Virus record (IMG/VR): IMGVR_UViG_3300032070_000002
Coordinates: 1-64,000 of that record
Strand: one strand, 5' to 3'
DNA: 64,000 nt
Source: a virus
Shown here one piece after another: positions 58,211-64,000 of the stretch. A model generated the notes under the pieces. It made no database searches. It worked only from the letters and a program-made list of their open reading frames with translations, and was not told the origin of the DNA. Each line of letters begins with the position of its first letter. The stretch's first letter is position 1. Position numbers and translations under genes: made by a program.

Positions 58211-59442
58211 GAAATACTCTAAAGGAAACGCAGGAAGCGCTAAATAAACTTATAGGTTTTGATTACGATACTTTTAGGTGTTCCGCGTGTTTTGAACAAG
58301 GCGAATCTAATAGTTTTTCAAAGTTAACTCCTAAAGAATCTAAACAAGTAGTTATGAAAATTTTACAATTAGGTAAATTAGAAATAAGAGAACAATTATG
58401 TAAAGATAAAGTAACTACTTTTTCTATGGAGTATAATAATATTTTTAAGGAATTAGAAGTAACAAAAACTTTAGAAGAAGTTATTGAGGATGATACGCCT
58501 ATTAAGGAAAGAATAAGTATATTAGAAAAATTAATAACTAATATACAAGTAGAAATAGAGAAAGCAAAAAAAAGTATACCTTACGAAATAAAATTAAACG
58601 AATTAGAAACAAGTATGGAAAGATTTGATAAACTAGATAAATGTCCGACTTGTTTACAATCTATTAATGAAAATCATAAAAAAGAAATCCTACAAAAATA
58701 TAAAGAAGCTATTCGTATTACAAAAAATTCTTTTAATTATGAAATTAGTCCTAGTCTATTTATAGATAATCAAAATCCAAGGCTATCTAAATTGAATTAT
58801 GAATTAGGAGAATTGAAAAATAAATTAAAAAATATTGAGGAAAAGAAATTAAAGCGTACTAAATTAAATACTAAAAAGGAAGAGTTACAAAATAAGTTAT
58901 ATGCTTTAAAAAGGGACATAGATACGTATAAAAAACTATCGGAAGCTTTTGGTAGAAATGGAATTCCTACAAATATTATAGAAAATACTCTTCCTGAGAT
59001 AGAAAGTATAGTTAATGAATTATTAGAATTATTAGATATAGATATGCAAATAAAAATAGATACCCAAAAAGAATTAAAAAGTGGCGGCCTATCAGATACT
59101 TTAGATATTAACATAGTTACTAATAATATAGTTAGGCCATACTTTGGATTTTCAGGAGGAGAAAGATTTATTATAGATTTATCTTTAAGAGTTGCCTTAA
59201 GCGTAATTTTACTTAGACGAAAAGGATTAAATAATAGTACGTTAATAATAGACGAAGGAATGGGATCATTAGATGAGGCTGGCAGAAATAGGGTAGTAAA
59301 ATTAATTAAAGTAATAAAAGATAAATTTGGATTTAAAAAGATTTTAGTTATTTCACATATGTTAGATGTTCGGGATAATATAGAAAATAAAATAGTAGTA
59401 GAAAAGATAAACGGTATTAGTAAATTGACTTATAATTTATAA
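58198..59442 (+). CDS. sbcC: SbcC/Rad50 ATPase, C-terminal fragment
   Basis: Q-loop FEQG, coiled coil, zinc hook CPTC, signature FSGGE, Walker B LIIDE, GSLD, VISH. Confidence 0.88.
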   Translation: MDKIGNTLKETQEALNKLIGFDYDTFRCSACFEQGESNSFSKLTPKESKQVVMKILQLGKLEIREQLCKDKVTTFSMEYNNIFKELEVTKTLEEVIEDDTPIKERISILEKLITNIQVEIEKAKKSIPYEIKLNELETSMERFDKLDKCPTCLQSINENHKKEILQKYKEAIRITKNSFNYEISPSLFIDNQNPRLSKLNYELGELKNKLKNIEEKKLKRTKLNTKKEELQNKLYALKRDIDTYKKLSEAFGRNGIPTNIIENTLPEIESIVNELLELLDIDMQIKIDTQKELKSGGLSDTLDINIVTNNIVRPYFGFSGGERFIIDLSLRVALSVILLRRKGLNNSTLIIDEGMGSLDEAGRNRVVKLIKVIKDKFGFKKILVISHMLDVRDNIENKIVVEKINGISKLTYNL

Positions 59443-59460
59443 TAGAGAGGAGATTAATAA

Positions 59461-60597
59461 ATGAGAAATTCTTGGAATTTAAAAGATATTGACAATCTTA
59501 AAAAAATGATGAAACAAAATATTCATCCAATAGAAATAGCGAAAACATTACAGCGGTCTTATGATTCAGTATGTGGAAAAATAAAATCAATTAAAAGAGA
59601 AGAAAAAATAGGAATTAAACCATATGAAAAAACAGAAGGAAAATTCAAGAACGAAGAAATAGTAGAAGAAACCAAAAAATATTTTGAGGCTGCAAAAGGC
59701 ATTATTCATAAATATGATGATTTATATAAAAATATTAAATTAAAGACCTCTTTTTCATCTGCAAAACAAACAGAAGACCAGGTATTATTATTTTCTGATA
59801 TGCACACTGGTATGATTAACAAAGCCCCTATTACCGGAGAAATAACATATAATCCAGAAATTCAGAAAAAAGAATTACAAACTTTAATGGAAGGATTATA
59901 TAGATTTTATCAATTATATAAACCTTCTTATAATATAGAAACTTTTTATATTTTTTCTTTAGGAGATTTAATTACCAATGATAGAATTTATGAAGGACAG
60001 AAAATGGAAATCGCTTTTGGCGTAGGTATACAAATTACAGAAACATTAGAATATGTTAGTGATATGATTAGAAAATTATTGGAAATTTATCCCAGAATAG
60101 TTTATATTAATATAGTCGGAAATCACGGCAGAACTACGCCTCAGCCCATTAGCGAAGATGCTACGAGCAATTTTGAATATTTATTGGGAATATCATTAAA
60201 AGAAAGATTTGCTGGCAATAAAAGAGTAGAAATAATCCTCCCAGACGATTATTCTTATTCTTATACTATAAAAAATCATAGATATTTATTAGCTCACGGA
60301 AATACTATTAGTGGTTCAACATTAAATTCAATAGAAAGGGCGGCAAAAGATATTGCTAATTTAGTAGAAAGAGATTATTATGATGTTATTACAATTGGGC
60401 ATTTTCATAGTTGTTATGAATTGCCGAGTATTTCTCCTTCAACTACTCTTTTAGTTAATGGATGTTTTATTTATAAAGATGATTATGCCTATACCAAATT
60501 AAGAAAACATTCTACTGCTAAACAGTATTTATTTAATGTTTCAAAAAAATCAGCAATGCACAATTTACAGAAGGTGGATTTAAGGTGGAATAAATGA
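59461..60597 (+). CDS. HTH-fused calcineurin-like metallophosphoesterase
   Basis: SDMH.G, LGD, GNHGR, AHG and GHFH motifs. Confidence 0.85.
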   Translation: MRNSWNLKDIDNLKKMMKQNIHPIEIAKTLQRSYDSVCGKIKSIKREEKIGIKPYEKTEGKFKNEEIVEETKKYFEAAKGIIHKYDDLYKNIKLKTSFSSAKQTEDQVLLFSDMHTGMINKAPITGEITYNPEIQKKELQTLMEGLYRFYQLYKPSYNIETFYIFSLGDLITNDRIYEGQKMEIAFGVGIQITETLEYVSDMIRKLLEIYPRIVYINIVGNHGRTTPQPISEDATSNFEYLLGISLKERFAGNKRVEIILPDDYSYSYTIKNHRYLLAHGNTISGSTLNSIERAAKDIANLVERDYYDVITIGHFHSCYELPSISPSTTLLVNGCFIYKDDYAYTKLRKHSTAKQYLFNVSKKSAMHNLQKVDLRWNK

Positions 60598-60947
60598 AAG
60601 AAATAGAAATTCTACGATGTAGAGGCCGGGGTATTGTAGTAAAGGGAATTAAATCCATTCGTGAACGGGAATATATAATTGATAAGATTATGCGAGCTTC
60701 ATTGGCTTATAGAAAATTATATAAATTAAGAAACGCAATATAAATAAAATGGAAAAGAAAAGATTTTGTTTAAAAAATATGTTTAACGTAGATGAAAACG
60801 TTACTTGTAAAAAATGTAATTATTATATTGATGCATCGGGTAGTTTTGAACCTTCGGAATGTACTTATAGTAATATAAAAAATAAAAAAGAAAATAGGGA
60901 CGATTTTGGAAGAGGTTTTAACGGTTTAAGAGAAAGGGATTATTAAA

Positions 60948-61604
60948 ATGATAGAAAAGTTTTTAGAAAGTACTAATTTAAGTGAAAAAGCAAATTGGAA
61001 AGATATAAGGGATTTTGTAAAAGAAGCTAATGAATTAAATGTTTTAGGAGTTTGTACATACATATATTGGAGCGGTATAGTAGATAAATATTTAAAGGAA
61101 GGGATAAAGAAAATTTACGTTATAGGATTTTATACGGGTTCAAAAGAGTTAATAGAAAGAGATTTATCCTTAGTTTCGGATACTAAAGCAGATGAATATG
61201 ATGTTGTTTTACCTTTAGCTTATTTTAGCGTAGGAAATATTTCAAAAACAGAAGAACTTTTATTAAAGGTAAGAAAAGCTACAAAGGATAAAGTATTAAA
61301 AGTAATCATAGAAACAAATATTTTAAGGGAAGACCCTAAACCGGAAGAAAAAATAAAGAGTGCCGTTGAATTAGTAAAAGAAATAGGCGCAGATTTTATA
61401 AAAACTAATACCGGCCGATTTCCAAGAAAGATCGATATAGTAGAGGATATTAGGTTGATTAAAAAGTTTACTAAATTGCCTATTAAGGCCGCGGGCGGTA
61501 TTAAAACGTATGAACAAGTAAAACAATTAATTGATTTAGGAGTTAGTAGAATAGGCACCTCTACCGCAAAACAAATTATAGAGGAAGAAAATGGAATCCA
61601 ATAA
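60948..61604 (+). CDS. deoC: Deoxyribose-phosphate aldolase
   Basis: ADEYDVV, LKVIIET, GADFIKT.TG, IKAAGGIK and RIGTS motifs. Confidence 0.9.
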   Translation: MIEKFLESTNLSEKANWKDIRDFVKEANELNVLGVCTYIYWSGIVDKYLKEGIKKIYVIGFYTGSKELIERDLSLVSDTKADEYDVVLPLAYFSVGNISKTEELLLKVRKATKDKVLKVIIETNILREDPKPEEKIKSAVELVKEIGADFIKTNTGRFPRKIDIVEDIRLIKKFTKLPIKAAGGIKTYEQVKQLIDLGVSRIGTSTAKQIIEEENGIQ

Positions 61605-62193
61605 TCCCGAAAATAAGCCGGTTGAAATAGAAGATAATTATCCTTACATTACATATCTTATAGGCGCAATGGAGAAAACCGCTGAGAAAGATGATGGTTC
61701 TGCTAAAAGGGAAGATGTAGAAAGAGAATTATTATTAAGAAATGTATATCCTATTAATCCCGTAAAACTAGAAGCATTTAAAACGAATATGAGTGTTGAA
61801 GAATCTAAAGAAAAAATGATAGGCTGGATTGCTTCCGGTAATAGAGAACTTTTAAAAGAGAAATCCGTTGCTATTTGGTTTGGAATAGATTACGTCGCGG
61901 AAAACGGTCAACTAATACATATCCCGGGCGATTTTGATTATGTAAGAATGAGCGATTGGATTACTTTAGTTATAAATAGGGGCGATAAACCTTGCGGTAG
62001 TTTTGGAGAAAGTGCATACGGCGCTATTTTAGGAAAACCTCTTTACATTATTTCTGAAATGCCTAAAAAGGAATTACCTAAAAGTTTATTTCAATGGATG
62101 TGTATAGTTGACGGAGAACATTTTGAAAATCTTTCTCAGTATTTAAAATATATTGATGAACAATATAAACTTAAAAGAAAAGAAGAAAAATGA
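61591..62193 (+). CDS. Nucleoside 2-deoxyribosyltransferase/N-glycosidase-like protein
   Basis: YL.G.ME, INP, D..V..SD and G...E..Y...LGKP motifs. Confidence 0.65.
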   Translation: MESNNPENKPVEIEDNYPYITYLIGAMEKTAEKDDGSAKREDVERELLLRNVYPINPVKLEAFKTNMSVEESKEKMIGWIASGNRELLKEKSVAIWFGIDYVAENGQLIHIPGDFDYVRMSDWITLVINRGDKPCGSFGESAYGAILGKPLYIISEMPKKELPKSLFQWMCIVDGEHFENLSQYLKYIDEQYKLKRKEEK

Positions 62194-62518
62194 TTAAAGT
62201 TAAGGTTACTTTAATACAGGCGGATATATTAGTAGTAGGTAAGTATTCTATTTCCGAAGAGGCTTGTTTAGGAATGATAAAAAGGTTTAAAGAAAATACT
62301 GAACCTGTTTTAGTTAGATTAGGTAAAACTCCTTTAGTAATAGGTAAGTTAGTAGGTTTAGAATATAATAAAGAGAAAAAGGAATTATTAGGTGTTATTG
62401 ATTTATATATGGATTTTAATGCAGGCGCACAAATATTACAACAATTAGATACGCCCGACGGAATCAGAATATTAGATAGTAAAATAAAGGAAATTACAAT
62501 GACCCCGGGAGGAAAAGG

Positions 62519-62890
62519 ATGAGATTATCGGATAAACAAAAAGAAGAATTAAAAAATCAATTTGAAGAGGTAATAAATAACTTTAAAGGGCATACGGATT
62601 TTCCTTATATATTACTTCAAATGATGAAGGTGCATAGTGATAAAAGTAATGACTATGCCCAAGATGAAAGCCCCTTTTCTAATATAGAACTTTGCGAACG
62701 CGCGGGTTTTGAAGCGTGGAAGGGCGTCGTTATAAGATTGGGGGATAAATATAGTAGACTATTGAATGCATTAGCGGGTAAGTTATTTAAGTGCGAAGGA
62801 ATAGAAGATGCTTTTATAGATAATGCAAATTATTCGGTAATAGGACTTATTGAATATCGGAAGGTAAAAGAAACCAATGGATCTAAATAA
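62519..62890 (+). CDS. DUF1599/Nmad1-like nucleotide-modification-associated protein
   Basis: KSNDYA..PF.N, RLGDK.SR and E.IED...D.ANY motifs. Confidence 0.75.
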   Translation: MRLSDKQKEELKNQFEEVINNFKGHTDFPYILLQMMKVHSDKSNDYAQDESPFSNIELCERAGFEAWKGVVIRLGDKYSRLLNALAGKLFKCEGIEDAFIDNANYSVIGLIEYRKVKETNGSK

Positions 62891-63068
62891 ATCGTGGTTA
62901 AAACTCATAGAGTTTTGCAAACGCGAACGTTACGGCGAGCTTAAGGTAAAAATTCAAGATGGGGTACCGGTATCTTTACCCGCTCAAATTATAAAAAGAG
63001 AAAACTTAGATGGATCAATCACTACTACGGAAATATCAAAGCCGATAGATTTGACGAAGGAGGAATAG
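62877..63068 (+). CDS. DUF2292 (YezD)-like protein
   Basis: YGELKVKIQDG.P motif. Confidence 0.55.
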   Translation: MDLNKSWLKLIEFCKRERYGELKVKIQDGVPVSLPAQIIKRENLDGSITTTEISKPIDLTKEE

Positions 63069-63242
63069 TGTATTTCAGAAAAGAAAAATTTACGGAGGTA
63101 ATAATATTAAAAAGATATAGTAGTGATATACTATCGGATGATATTAAAGAATTAGCAAAAGATAATATAATAGTAGATTTACAATTTACGGGCGACGGAA
63201 AGAATACATTTAATGCTTTAATACTTTATAGGAAAAAATAAA

Positions 63243-63827
63243 ATGGAAAAATACGAAACATTTAATAATGAAATAAATTTAATCAAATCTGAAACAATAA
63301 AAGACTATGTTATAAAGACTCTTAAAGAAACGCCAGAAATATTTTGGAAAATACCCGCTTCCTCTACCGGAAAATATCATCCCGAATGTACAAATAAAGA
63401 AGGAGGTTTAATTATACACGTAAAAAGGGTAGTATATATTTGCGATAGATTATCTTTCGGCTGGAACATAACCGACCTTAATAGAGATATGGTAATAGCC
63501 TCAAGTATTCTACACGACATAGCTAAGTGTGGAAAAGATAGCGGTATCTATGAAAATTATGTTAATCATCCTATAACTGCGGCTAATATGTTTAAGAAAA
63601 CCGTAAACTTTAATAGTCAAGATATAACACCTATAAATAAAACTATTATTATTAGGATAGCAAATTGTATTAATTATCATATGGGACTTTGGACTCCTAA
63701 ATCTATAGTAAAACCCTTATCTCAATATACATCCTTAGAATTATTGGTTTATACTTCAGATTATATGGCTTCTACTAAAACGTTAGTTACTCCGGTAGAT
63801 GGAAGTTATACTGTAAAGGATATATAA
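63243..63827 (+). CDS. HD-domain phosphohydrolase
   Basis: PASSTGKYH, GGL..H, LHDIAK, HMG and SDY motifs. Confidence 0.88.
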   Translation: MEKYETFNNEINLIKSETIKDYVIKTLKETPEIFWKIPASSTGKYHPECTNKEGGLIIHVKRVVYICDRLSFGWNITDLNRDMVIASSILHDIAKCGKDSGIYENYVNHPITAANMFKKTVNFNSQDITPINKTIIIRIANCINYHMGLWTPKSIVKPLSQYTSLELLVYTSDYMASTKTLVTPVDGSYTVKDI

Positions 63828-64000
63828 TGAATACCCTAATTAAAATATTTGATATTTTAGCTTCTATACTTACTGTTTTAAGCTTATATTTAATTTCTAA
63901 GTCTTATAAATGGTGGATACTTTATTGTTTTTCTAGCATACTTTTTACTATTGTTTGCTTTTATAATAAAATATACGGTTTAACATTAATGGGAGTATGC
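63827..64000 (+). CDS. Small membrane protein (PnuC-like), truncated by the window edge
   Basis: Hydrophobic ORF MNTLIKIFDILASILTVLSLYLI...WW. Confidence 0.45.
   Translation, partial: MNTLIKIFDILASILTVLSLYLISKSYKWWILYCFSSILFTIVCFYNKIYGLTLMGVC

Noticed and set aside
1052-61558. Minus-strand ORFs in the ORF track
   Set aside because: All lie antisense to well-supported + strand genes and lack recognisable motifs; they are shadows of biased codon usage.
1-64000. Stop-codon reassignment suggested by frequent TAG trinucleotides
   Set aside because: Conserved genes are full length in the standard code, and TAA, TAG and TGA all end genes at expected positions.
1-64000. tRNA/rRNA genes, integrase/att sites, host flanks
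   Set aside because: No cloverleaf or T-loop motifs found in the few intergenic gaps, no recombinase, and continuous phage-type content; lifestyle and host cannot be determined.

Overview
64 kb segment of an AT-rich tailed dsDNA phage genome (siphovirus-like, HK97-type head). Every credible gene is on the + strand and in the standard genetic code. 1-20.8 kb is the late/virion region: fibre-like genes plus a KpsS-like glycosyltransferase, MuF, an ADP-ribosyltransferase-containing head protein, prohead protease/scaffold, major capsid protein, neck, tail tube, tape measure and tail tip genes, ending at a terminator. 20.9-31 kb holds early/accessory genes behind four near-identical sigma70-type promoters. 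31-64 kb holds replication, recombination and nucleotide genes: primase-helicase, a UDG-intein-PolA fusion, SSB, RecA, resolvases, SbcD, a split SbcC, dUTPase and DeoC. It also carries a dispersed 7-deazaguanine DNA-modification pathway (FolE2, QueD, QueE, intein-containing QueC-like, DpdA-like). Best leads: (1) dpdA is coupled to a Trm1-like (guanine-N2-type) methyltransferase and sits near a Dam-like protein with an altered catalytic motif, suggesting an undescribed guanine hypermodification; (2) apparent genome-wide TpG/CpA avoidance that is absent from recently acquired genes; (3) a head-module polyprotein in which an identical 19-aa peptide after Lys heads an ART domain and a second cargo domain; (4) a Rad50/SbcC gene split by two unrelated ORFs. 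No tRNA, rRNA, CRISPR array, integrase, terminase or portal was recognised. All calls are by eye from motifs; no searches were run.
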